Positions 7,212 to 15,164 of a stretch of DNA of 32,000 nt are shown one piece after another (positions within the stretch are counted from its first letter, which is position 1; each line of letters starts with the position of its first letter). A model generated the notes under the pieces. It was not told where the DNA came from and searched no databases. It saw only the letters and a list, made by a program, of their open reading frames with translations. Both the position numbers and the translations under genes were made by a program. The stretch spans positions 120,001 through 152,000 of the forward strand of contig NZ_WUUQ01000003.1 of assembly GCF_009831105.1 (NCBI RefSeq), written 5' to 3'. This stretch comes from Copranaerobaculum intestinale (GTDB lineage Bacteria > Bacillota_I > Bacilli_A > Erysipelotrichales > Erysipelotrichaceae).

Positions 7212-9371
7212 ATGAAACAGTACAAAATAGCACTGGCGGGTAATCCAAACAGCGGTAAAACTACAATGTTCAACGATCTTACCGGAAGTGCTCAGTATGT
7301 CGGCAACTGGCCTGGTGTTACCGTTGAAAAGAAAGAGGGAAAGCTGAAAGGATACGGCGATGTTATTATTCAGGACTTGCCGGGAATTTATTCCCTGTCA
7401 CCGTATACGCTGGAGGAAATAGTCGCGCGTACGTATCTGATCAATGAAAAACCGGATGCGATCATCAATATCGTAGATGGTACGAATATCGAGCGTAACC
7501 TGTATTTGACTACGCATCTGTTAGAGCTGGGCATTCCGATGGTTGTAGCAGTCAACATGATGGACCTGGTGGAAAAGGGCAAGGATAAGATTAGTCTTGA
7601 TAAATTATCTGCGGAACTCGGCTGTGAAGTATACGGGATTTCCGCATTAAAAGGAAACGGCACAAAAGAGCTGGCAGCCCGCGTTGTTGAACTGATAAAG
7701 CGAAAAGAACAGGTTCAGCCGCTGCATGTATTTGCGGGAAGCATCGAGCATGCGATAGCGCATATTGAAGACGCGATCGCACAGAAGGCTGAACAGAAAA
7801 ATCTGCGATGGTATGCGATTAAGCTGTTTGAACGCGATAAGAAAGCAGTTTCGGCTTTGGATCTTCCAAACGATCTGTTTCATGATATTGAACAGTATAT
7901 CGTAGAGTGTGAGATGGAAATGGATGATGATGCGGAAAGCTTAATCACAGATCAGCGATATGACTACATCGGCAGGGTTGTGGCAAAGAGCGTGAAAAAG
8001 CATCGTGATCATGCCCTTTCAGTATCGGATAAAATCGACCGTTTTGTTACAAATCGTTTTCTGGCGCTGCCGATCTTCGCATTGGTTATGTTCCTTGTGT
8101 ATTATGTTTCTGTGACTACCGTTGGTACGGTGCTGACGGACTGGACCAATGATACACTGTTTGCTGAATGGATCATTCCGGGTGCACACAATCTGTTTAC
8201 TCAGCTTGGCACGGCACCGTGGCTGAGCGGACTGATTGTGGATGGTATTATTAACGGAGTCGGTGCCGTTTTGGGATTTGTGCCCCAGATGCTGGTGCTT
8301 TTCCTAATGCTGTCAGTCCTGGAGGACTGCGGCTACATGGCTCGTGTTGCTTTCATCATGGATCGAATTTTCCGAAAATTCGGCTTATCCGGAAAAAGCT
8401 TCATCCCGATGCTGATCGGTTCGGGATGTTCGGTTCCGGGGATCATGGCATCCCGTACGATTGAACAGGAGCATGACCGCCGTATGACGATCATGACGAC
8501 TTCTTTTATTCCATGCGGAGCGAAAATGCCGATTATCGCGCTCATTGCCGGCGCATTATTCGGCGGTGCATGGTGGGTCGCACCATCCGCTTATTTCATC
8601 GGTGTCGCAGCAGTAATAGTATCCGGCATCATTTTAAAGAAAACGAGAATGTTTTCCGGTGATCCTGCACCGTTTGTCATGGAACTTCCGGCCTACCATG
8701 TTCCAGCCGTAAGCAATGTCCTGCGCAGCATCTGGGAGCGAGGCTGGTCATTTATCCGCCGTGCCGGTACAGTCATACTGCTTTCTTCGATTGTACTGTG
8801 GTTCTTACAGGGCTTTGGCATGGTTCATGGATCCTTGCAGATGGTATCGGATAACAACAACAGCTTGCTGGCGGCAGTCGGACGCTTTATTGCTCCGCTC
8901 TTTGCCCCGCTGGGCTTTGGCACTTGGCAGGCATCTGTCGGTACCTTTACCGGTCTGATCGCAAAAGAGAATGTGGTTAGTACGCTTGGTGTGCTGTATG
9001 GCTTTGGTGAAGTTGCAGAAGACGGTCTGGAATACTGGACGATGTTTGCCCGTGATTTCACGGCACTGTCAGCATTCTCATTTATGATCTTCAATTTACT
9101 TTGTGCGCCTTGCTTCGCCGCTATGGGGGCGATCAAACGGGAAATGAACAATGCCCGCTGGACTTGGTTTGCGATCGGGTACCTCTGTGTCTTTGCTTAT
9201 ACGATTTCCCTGATCGTATTCCAAATCGGTTCCTTTGTGAACGGCGGTGAATTTACCGTTTTAACCGCTGCCGCAATTATTCTTTTGACAGCACTGATCT
9301 ATCTTTTGTTCCGCAGTCCTGCCAAAGTAAAAGCAGAGACACTTTCTCAAACGGCTGCCGCACATGAGTGA
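7212..9371 (+). CDS. feoB: Ferrous iron transporter FeoB (paralog)
   Basis: GNPNSGKTTMFN P-loop and DLPGIYSL, followed by a polytopic membrane domain. AAAGGAGG RBS. Confidence 0.95.
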   Translation: MKQYKIALAGNPNSGKTTMFNDLTGSAQYVGNWPGVTVEKKEGKLKGYGDVIIQDLPGIYSLSPYTLEEIVARTYLINEKPDAIINIVDGTNIERNLYLTTHLLELGIPMVVAVNMMDLVEKGKDKISLDKLSAELGCEVYGISALKGNGTKELAARVVELIKRKEQVQPLHVFAGSIEHAIAHIEDAIAQKAEQKNLRWYAIKLFERDKKAVSALDLPNDLFHDIEQYIVECEMEMDDDAESLITDQRYDYIGRVVAKSVKKHRDHALSVSDKIDRFVTNRFLALPIFALVMFLVYYVSVTTVGTVLTDWTNDTLFAEWIIPGAHNLFTQLGTAPWLSGLIVDGIINGVGAVLGFVPQMLVLFLMLSVLEDCGYMARVAFIMDRIFRKFGLSGKSFIPMLIGSGCSVPGIMASRTIEQEHDRRMTIMTTSFIPCGAKMPIIALIAGALFGGAWWVAPSAYFIGVAAVIVSGIILKKTRMFSGDPAPFVMELPAYHVPAVSNVLRSIWERGWSFIRRAGTVILLSSIVLWFLQGFGMVHGSLQMVSDNNNSLLAAVGRFIAPLFAPLGFGTWQASVGTFTGLIAKENVVSTLGVLYGFGEVAEDGLEYWTMFARDFTALSAFSFMIFNLLCAPCFAAMGAIKREMNNARWTWFAIGYLCVFAYTISLIVFQIGSFVNGGEFTVLTAAAIILLTALIYLLFRSPAKVKAETLSQTAAAHE

Positions 9372-9498
9372 TTTTATCATCGGCGGAATCGTTTCCATTA
9401 TCGTTTTTACGATTGTTGTAAAATTGTTACAGCGTCATAAAAAAGGTCGGTCGAGCTGTGGCTGCGGATGTTGCGATTGTCAGGATCACGAAACCTGA
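9364..9498 (+). CDS. FeoB-associated Cys-rich small membrane protein (44 aa, below the ORF-track cutoff)
   Basis: Hand translation from ATG 9364, which overlaps the feoB stop region: MSDFIIGGIVSIIVFTIVVKLLQRHKKGRSSCGCGCCDCQDHET*. The architecture (TM helix, basic patch, Cys cluster) matches the 6437-6628 product. Confidence 0.65.
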   Translation: MSDFIIGGIVSIIVFTIVVKLLQRHKKGRSSCGCGCCDCQDHET

Positions 9499-9514
9499 AC
9501 CGATTTAGAAAGAA

Positions 9515-9543
9515 TTGACATCACATCCCTGCTATTTTAAAAT
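9515..9543 (+). promoter_or_regulatory. Candidate promoter of the HAD gene, embedded in the feo terminator
   Basis: TTGACA (9515-9520), 17-nt spacer, TAAAAT (9538-9543). Confidence 0.45.
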
Positions 9544-9565
9544 GATAGCTAGGGATGTGATTTTT
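9521..9565 (+). terminator. Rho-independent terminator of the second feo operon
   Basis: TCACATCCCTGCTAT / ATAGCTAGGGATGTGA form a stem of about 15 bp with one bulge and a 9-nt loop, followed by T5 (9561-9565). Confidence 0.7.
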
Positions 9566-10219
9566 ATGAAGAAAAAACAAGCTGTTTTATTTGATATGGA
9601 CGGTACCTTAATTGATACCTTTGGAGAAATGAAGAAAGAAAAAAACGGGAAAGTACCACTTTCAAGACGTTATTTCGATTATCGTATGAGTAAGCAGAGC
9701 TCTTATAGTTATACAGCGATGAAGCATATGATCGAGCATGATCCGATCATGCGGTTTCAGGCTGATAAGATTTTAAAGAATGTTATCGATACGATGTATG
9801 CGCGTTATGAGCGCGCTGCCCTGAAAAGCGGGGCGAAGGAGTTTTTGACGCGTTTAAAAGAACACAATTATCAGCTTTGCCTGTGTACAAACAATTCCAA
9901 TGATATGGTGAATTATATCTTAAATCAAAAAGGTCTTGATCATGTATTTGATCACATTATCACTTCAGAAATTGTAACAAATCCCAAGCCTGATCCGGAA
10001 ATGTATGAGAAAGCAGTATCCTATACCGGTCTTGATAAGGATGCCTGCATCGTCTTTGAAGACATGCTGGAAGGAGTACAGGCCGCAAAAGCAGCCGGAT
10101 TAGATGTATGTGTGGTCTATGATACGTATAATGAAAAGGATATGAAACAGATCAAGGATTTTTCTAATCTGATGATTCATGATTATACCGCACCTGATCT
10201 TCAAGTGTTTTTTGAATAA
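9566..10219 (+). CDS. HAD-family hydrolase (phosphatase)
   Basis: MKKKQAVLFDMDGTLIDT (motif I DxDGT) and a C-terminal FEDMLEGVQAAKAAG (motif IV region). The track start at 9515 is a TTG inside the terminator. Confidence 0.8.
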   Translation: MKKKQAVLFDMDGTLIDTFGEMKKEKNGKVPLSRRYFDYRMSKQSSYSYTAMKHMIEHDPIMRFQADKILKNVIDTMYARYERAALKSGAKEFLTRLKEHNYQLCLCTNNSNDMVNYILNQKGLDHVFDHIITSEIVTNPKPDPEMYEKAVSYTGLDKDACIVFEDMLEGVQAAKAAGLDVCVVYDTYNEKDMKQIKDFSNLMIHDYTAPDLQVFFE

Positions 10220-10251
10220 TATGTTCTATAATGTCTTAAAAATGTAATATT

Positions 10252-10282
10252 TTGCTTCCCAGGGGGTTACGGGAAGCATTTT
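10252..10282 (+). terminator. Rho-independent terminator after the HAD gene
   Basis: TGCTTCCC/GGGAAGCA form an 8-bp stem with a 10-nt loop, followed by T5. Confidence 0.65.
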
Positions 10283-10285
10283 TCA

Positions 10286-10463
10286 ATGATATAATAAGTA
10301 CGGACAAAGAGTTGAGAAGAGGCGCGTGTGCTTATTGAAAAGTGATCATGATACGTGAGGCTAGGGGTATACATTTATACAAAAAGCAAGAATTTCATGG
10401 ATACAAATGAAAGCACATCATTGTGCTTTTTCTTTGAGCTCTGACAAGGAAAGAGGTGCTGAT
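10286..10463 (+). promoter_or_regulatory. Extended -10 promoter plus a leader of about 160 nt with a terminator/antiterminator arrangement upstream of the YitT-family gene
   Basis: TGATATAAT at 10286-10294. Hairpin AAAGCACA-tcat-TGTGCTTT (10410-10429) is followed by TTCTTT. The upstream TGTGCTT (10327-10333) is identical to the 3' arm and could compete for the 5' arm. Confidence 0.4.
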
Positions 10464-11327
10464 GTGAAAATCAATGTAAAAGAAACGATCTGGGAATTCT
10501 GCATCGTTATTGCAGGGAACTTTTTACTGGCAGTCGGGGTTACGCTGTTTGTACTGCCAAACAATGTGCTGACTGGCGGAGTGGCCGGAATTGCCATAGC
10601 CCTTGAACCATTGATACACATCAAACCGGATATTATGATCAATATTTTAACCGTGGGACTTTTCTTGGTCGGAACGATTGTGCTGGGCCGTAAGTTTGCG
10701 GTAAAAACCCTGCTGAGCACGGTTACGTATCCAATTTTCATTTCACTGCTGACGAATTACAGCTCGCAAGTTTTTATTACAGACAACAAGCTGCTGGCCA
10801 CTATTTACGGTGGTGTATTTATGGGACTTGGTGTTGGACTGGTATTCCGTACCGGCGCATCGACCGGCGGTATGGATATTCCTCCGTTGATCGTTAACAA
10901 GTATACGCATTTACCGCTGCCGACGCTGGTGCTGATCACCGATGGGCTGACGGTGCTGCTGGGAGCTTTGGTATATGGCGTAGAAGCGGCGCTGATTGGG
11001 ATTATTTCAGTTTGGGTAAGCAGTTACCTCATTGATAAAACGATGATGATCGGCGGTCACTCTACAAAGAACATCATGATCATATCAGAGAAGTACGAGG
11101 ATATTCTGCAGGTGATTTATCAGGAGCTGGGCCGCGGTGCGACGCTTTTGGAGGGAACCGGAAGCTACACCAGAGAACGCAAGCCGGTGATTATGGTGTG
11201 TGTGGCCAATAAACAATATCCAATTTTGAATCATGCCATATCTAAACTTGATCCGAATGCCTTTGTGATCGTGACCGATGCTAATGAAGTGCAGGGCTAC
11301 GGATTCAGCTATATGGAAGAAATGTAG
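10464..11327 (+). CDS. YitT-family membrane protein (DUF2179 C-terminal domain)
   Basis: Multi-span N-terminal region and a soluble C-terminal domain (ILQVIYQELGRGATLLEGTGSYT...VIVTDANEVQGYGF) are typical of YitT/DUF2179. The GTG at 10464 has AAAGAGGTG upstream; the track ATG at 10407 lies inside the leader hairpin. Confidence 0.75.
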   Translation: MKINVKETIWEFCIVIAGNFLLAVGVTLFVLPNNVLTGGVAGIAIALEPLIHIKPDIMINILTVGLFLVGTIVLGRKFAVKTLLSTVTYPIFISLLTNYSSQVFITDNKLLATIYGGVFMGLGVGLVFRTGASTGGMDIPPLIVNKYTHLPLPTLVLITDGLTVLLGALVYGVEAALIGIISVWVSSYLIDKTMMIGGHSTKNIMIISEKYEDILQVIYQELGRGATLLEGTGSYTRERKPVIMVCVANKQYPILNHAISKLDPNAFVIVTDANEVQGYGFSYMEEM

Positions 11328-11337
11328 ATTATCAAGT

Positions 11338-11363
11338 CATAGCCGGGAGGTTATGGCTTTTTT
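11338..11363 (+). terminator. Probable terminator after the YitT-family gene
   Basis: CATAGCC-ggga-GGTTATG hairpin (with one G-U pair), followed by GC and T6. Confidence 0.5.
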
Positions 11364-11441
11364 AGAATTCACCCCTTCAACAGCCGCTTTCTTGAAGCAA
11401 TGAAAAAGGACTCGGTAAAGAGACCCTTCATCATATAATAA

Positions 11442-11681
11442 CTAATTTATTTTAATCATAGCACCGTTTATTGTAAGGAGACCCTGCGCAGTTACTTTTG
11501 TTTCAGCCTGCGCGTTCAAGGTTGTATTACAGCTGTCAATATTCACAATTACACCTTTTATTTTTATTTCTCCTGTGGGGTTGAGGGTAATGCTTGCTTT
11601 TCCTACTTGGATCGTAAGCGGCTTCTCTGATTGTAACTGAATCCCTTTTGCATCTTCTGTAAAAATTGAATGAAAATCCAT
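11442..11681 (-). CDS. 79-aa hypothetical protein with beta-helix-like (spike-tip-like) sequence periodicity
   Basis: An AGGAGG RBS overlaps the stop of the upstream gene. There is no signal peptide or TM helix. The sequence alternates hydrophobic and polar residues with a period of about 8 (IQVGKASI TLNPTGEI KIKGVIVN IDSCNTTL NAQAETKV TAQGLLTI NGAMIKIN). Confidence 0.6.
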   Translation of the reverse strand: MDFHSIFTEDAKGIQLQSEKPLTIQVGKASITLNPTGEIKIKGVIVNIDSCNTTLNAQAETKVTAQGLLTINGAMIKIN

Positions 11682-11692
11682 GATGATTCCTC

Positions 11693-12085
11693 CTATTTGG
11701 TTGTAATATTACTAGCTTGCGGAGTAATGCTTATCTGTCCTCCGTATGCACACATGAGTTTTGAGCTTGAGGTTAAACAAGGTTTTCCAGCCAAGAGCAC
11801 GGAAGGCTTGCTGATCGACCATGGTCCGCATGGCACCGGCATACAGGGCATGGGTGTGAGCACTCCAAGCGCAGCGGCAGTGGCCGCGGCAACCGCGGGA
11901 TTTGCCATCGACGTACACATTCCAAACGGAATAATATTTTGTATGGGGCGGTTATCCATTACGGTAGCCAGTGGTTGGCCCTTATAAATAATGCGGGCGT
12001 CTGGAAAAACATTCAGTTTAGCTGGAGCGGTTCCGAATGTACATGTCAAAATGGTGTTGCCGGAAACTAATAAATCCAAGACCAT
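11693..12085 (-). CDS. DUF4280 (PAAR-like) domain protein
   Basis: Matches my recollection of the DUF4280 pattern: LTCTFG...PFGMCTSMANPAVAAATAAALGVLTPMPCMPVPCGPW...KLMCAYGGQISI. I prefer the ATG at 12085 (GGGA upstream) over the track start at 12103. Confidence 0.7.
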   Translation of the reverse strand: MVLDLLVSGNTILTCTFGTAPAKLNVFPDARIIYKGQPLATVMDNRPIQNIIPFGMCTSMANPAVAAATAAALGVLTPMPCMPVPCGPWSISKPSVLLAGKPCLTSSSKLMCAYGGQISITPQASNITTK

Positions 12086-12189
12086 CACATCCCTTCTAAA
12101 CATATCATACCATATTTTACCAATTCACGAAATGTAAGCTGATCATTATTATTGCATTAATTCTGCGTAAATTTTCAATCATCATTCAT

Positions 12190-12233
12190 AAAAAACAGAC
12201 GATATTGTCATGTCACAAATCGTCTGTTTTTTT
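12190..12233. terminator. Bidirectional rho-independent terminator (ends the GNAT operon on the minus strand)
   Basis: AACAGACGAT / ATCGTCTGTT form a 10-bp stem with further inner pairing. An A6 run lies on one side and a T7 run on the other. Confidence 0.7.
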
Positions 12234-12235
12234 AA

Positions 12236-12676
12236 TTAAGGCTTGGTACTGGGGCCATACCAGTAATAAACCGCTTTATTTTTAGGATGCAGATAACCTT
12301 CACAAGATTGATAAAGAGCATTCGCTGCGGTATTGTCATCTTGCGTAATCAAAAACGTGTAGTGCAGCTTCTGTTCTTTTGCATAAGCAACCGCCATATC
12401 AACCAAAGTTTTCGCAATGTGACGGCGCTTGTAAGCATCCAATACAAATACATGATAGATGAACAGCATATCTTGCCCTAGATCCATTCGCTCCATTCGA
12501 TAAGCAAGCACATATCCGGTTATCTGATGTTCATCAAAACCGGCATAGACGAGATGGCTGGGATTGGATAGAAAGGCGGATGCTTTTTCATCACTGATCC
12601 GCTGCTGACGAAACTTCCAGACAATTTCCTGGAGCGGCTTGATATCCTGCGGATTCAGCAGCCGATAGGTAAGCAT
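12236..12676 (-). CDS. GNAT-family N-acetyltransferase
   Basis: 146-aa ORF whose size and central YHVFVLDAYKRRHIAKTLVDMAVAYAK segment are GNAT-like (acetyl-CoA binding region). Its start directly abuts the stop of the SIS gene. Confidence 0.7.
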   Translation of the reverse strand: MLTYRLLNPQDIKPLQEIVWKFRQQRISDEKASAFLSNPSHLVYAGFDEHQITGYVLAYRMERMDLGQDMLFIYHVFVLDAYKRRHIAKTLVDMAVAYAKEQKLHYTFLITQDDNTAANALYQSCEGYLHPKNKAVYYWYGPSTKP

Positions 12677-13732
12677 TTAACGGGTAACCGTGTGCTTGCT
12701 TACGCCGACCGGATTATCCGGGTCATAATCGCGGGAGAGAGCGCATAGGCAGGCAAACATCTGCGCAAATACAGCGCACGCATAGACTGCTTCCAAACCG
12801 TCATACTGAGATGGAATCAAGACAGAGCTGTCACCCAGCTTCGCAATTTCCGGATCATTGGTAACAATTGTAGAATAAATATGCTTTTCTTCTTTTAAAC
12901 GCTCATGCAGGCCGATAATGCATTCGTTGGTCTGCTTATCAGCGATGAAGAAGATCGCCGGCACGAAGCGAAGCGACGTGGCAATCGGACCGTGACGATA
13001 ATCACTGGACGCATAGCTGCGGGCATCCAGATAGCTGGTTTCCTGAATTTTCAATTCTGCTTCCTGTGCCAAACCGTACAGTAAACCGCGTCCAAACAGC
13101 AGCATATGCTCAATGTTGCGGTAAACCGGAATGATCGCCCGTACCTGATCTTCCAGCTTCAAAGCTTCAGCCACAATATCGGGAAGCTTATCCAGCTGAC
13201 TGATCAATTCTGCCTTTCCGCTGATGTGGGCAGCTAACGCATTCAGGATCAACAGCTGTGTCATATAGGATTTAGCTGCGGTAATGCTGGTTTCTTTGCC
13301 GCATTCATTGTTGATGTAATATTTTCCGGCGGTGGTCATCAATGTATCACGTTCATTGGTTACACTGACACAAATTCCCCCCTGCTCATCGCAGCGCTTC
13401 ATTACTTCATAGACGTCCTGCGCTCCGCCTGACTGGGATACACCGATTACCAAAGCATTTGAGTAATCCACGTTTCCATTATAGCAGGTGATAACAGCAG
13501 GGGTAGCGATGCTGGCAATCATCCCGCAATGAGTCTCAAACAGATAGCGTGCCAACTGAGCTGCGTGATCACTGGAACCGCGAGCCGCAAAAACAACGGT
13601 CTTGATGCCTCGCGCTTTTACTTCAGCGGCGATTTCCTTGAAAATCGGGGTGTTGACCGATAAACAGCGGCGCATCATTTCCGGCTGTTCAAAAATCTCT
13701 TTCCAAAGCTTAGAATTGCTAGTTGAAATCAT
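12677..13732 (-). CDS. Double-SIS-domain sugar-phosphate isomerase/deaminase (GlmS isomerase-domain / AgaS-like)
   Basis: N-terminal WKEIFEQPE, then VVFAARGSSDHAA and IGVSQSGGAQDV SIS motifs. At 351 aa it has no glutaminase domain. Confidence 0.75.
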   Translation of the reverse strand: MISTSNSKLWKEIFEQPEMMRRCLSVNTPIFKEIAAEVKARGIKTVVFAARGSSDHAAQLARYLFETHCGMIASIATPAVITCYNGNVDYSNALVIGVSQSGGAQDVYEVMKRCDEQGGICVSVTNERDTLMTTAGKYYINNECGKETSITAAKSYMTQLLILNALAAHISGKAELISQLDKLPDIVAEALKLEDQVRAIIPVYRNIEHMLLFGRGLLYGLAQEAELKIQETSYLDARSYASSDYRHGPIATSLRFVPAIFFIADKQTNECIIGLHERLKEEKHIYSTIVTNDPEIAKLGDSSVLIPSQYDGLEAVYACAVFAQMFACLCALSRDYDPDNPVGVSKHTVTR

Positions 13733-13827
13733 AATTTCCCTCCTTGACTTTTACGAAATTATTTTATCACAGTTTGTGTTATAATGTTATTATATATTTA
13801 CAAATATTTTAAAAGGAGGTTTCATTT

Positions 13828-15045
13828 ATGCAGAAATTAGTAATTTCCCACCGTATCTATACTGAAAGGGGATGTTTGGACGGCGCTTTGCTCATTGAGG
13901 ATGACAAGATCAAGCAGATTTATACCCGAGAAAATATCCCGGCTGATTATTGCGGGACGATTGAGGATTACGGAAATGATCGGATCATTCCCGGCATCAT
14001 CGAGATGCATGTGCATGGTTTTAAAGGATGGAGCGCTTTTTCCTCCGATGTGGAAGAAATCAGAAAGCTTGGCAAAGCATTGACGGTCAGTGGAATCACG
14101 GGATTTACGCCGACCAATCATTACAAGCCGAATATTATGGAGAATGCCGCAGCCTTGGCAGATGCTTATGAAGGACCGCGTTACGGAGCCCGCAATCTTG
14201 GTATCCACATGGAAGGTCCCTTCATTTCCGCAAAAACTTTAGGGTCGGTCGAAGCTGATGATTTACATGAACCGGACTTGGATTTAATGAAAAAATTTTA
14301 TGAAGCATCCCGCGGTCATATCAATACGGTCACGATGGCACCAGAAGTGCCGGGCAATATGGAAATCTTAGATTGGCTTGTTGCCCATGGAGTGAATCCG
14401 TGCATCGGGCATTCCTACGCTACGTATGCAGAATGCAAAAAAGCAGTTGATCACGGTGCGGTTATCACCCAGAAAACCGGAAACTGTATGCGCCAGATTC
14501 ATCAGCGTGAGGTTGGCGTAGTTGGTGCCGCGATGCTGGATCGCCGCTTATATAATGAAATCAATTCCGATTTAGCACATTGCAGTAAGGAATTTCTGGA
14601 AATCCTATACCGCATGAAGGGCTATGAAAAACTATGCTTGGTAGCAGATAACGGCCGCATGAGCGGATTGGCATTTGGCCGCTATGATCTGAAGGAACGC
14701 GGCGGCAAGTATGAAGTGGGTAAGGATGGATTGCTGCACATTGCGGACGGTACGATCGACGGCAGTGCTTTAACGATCATGCACGGGATCCGCAACTGGG
14801 TGGAAGTAATCGGTATTCCCATGGAAGAAGCGGTTGTTATGGCTTCACTGAATCCGGCCAAGGTATGCCATGTTGATCATCAAAAAGGATCGATCAAAGA
14901 AGGCAAGGATGCGGATTATGTCGTTATTGACGATGCGTATCAGGTACTGCATACGGTAGTTGAGGGCACGATCGAATATGATTGTCAAAATGGTTTCAAC
15001 TATGATAATAAAGAATATGCCGACTGTTTGATGGAAGCATATTAA
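13828..15045 (+). CDS. N-acetylglucosamine-6-phosphate deacetylase-like amidohydrolase (NagA family)
   Basis: PGIIEMHVHGFKGW (HxH), GIHMEGPFIS and TGNCMRQIHQREVG resemble NagA signature segments. AAAGGAGG RBS. Confidence 0.75.
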   Translation: MQKLVISHRIYTERGCLDGALLIEDDKIKQIYTRENIPADYCGTIEDYGNDRIIPGIIEMHVHGFKGWSAFSSDVEEIRKLGKALTVSGITGFTPTNHYKPNIMENAAALADAYEGPRYGARNLGIHMEGPFISAKTLGSVEADDLHEPDLDLMKKFYEASRGHINTVTMAPEVPGNMEILDWLVAHGVNPCIGHSYATYAECKKAVDHGAVITQKTGNCMRQIHQREVGVVGAAMLDRRLYNEINSDLAHCSKEFLEILYRMKGYEKLCLVADNGRMSGLAFGRYDLKERGGKYEVGKDGLLHIADGTIDGSALTIMHGIRNWVEVIGIPMEEAVVMASLNPAKVCHVDHQKGSIKEGKDADYVVIDDAYQVLHTVVEGTIEYDCQNGFNYDNKEYADCLMEAY

Positions 15046-15164
15046 AAATTAAGAAAGAACCCAACCCAGATATTGTTAAAAAATGCACAATTATGATAGA
15101 ATCGTGTTATAATATCATAAAGTAAAGACAATGATACAAAGATACAAGGTTGGGAGGTATCGAC

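Noticed and set aside
10407-10463. Upstream ATG extension of the YitT-family ORF (MKAHHCAFSLSS...)
   Set aside because: The ATG has no SD and lies inside the leader hairpin. The GTG at 10464 has AAAGAGGTG upstream and starts right before the first TM segment.
11670-11987. 105-aa plus-strand ORF and 68-aa minus-strand ORF overlapping the DUF4280 gene
   Set aside because: They are shadow or alternative-frame ORFs. The DUF4280 frame carries the recognisable family pattern and an RBS-coupled downstream gene.
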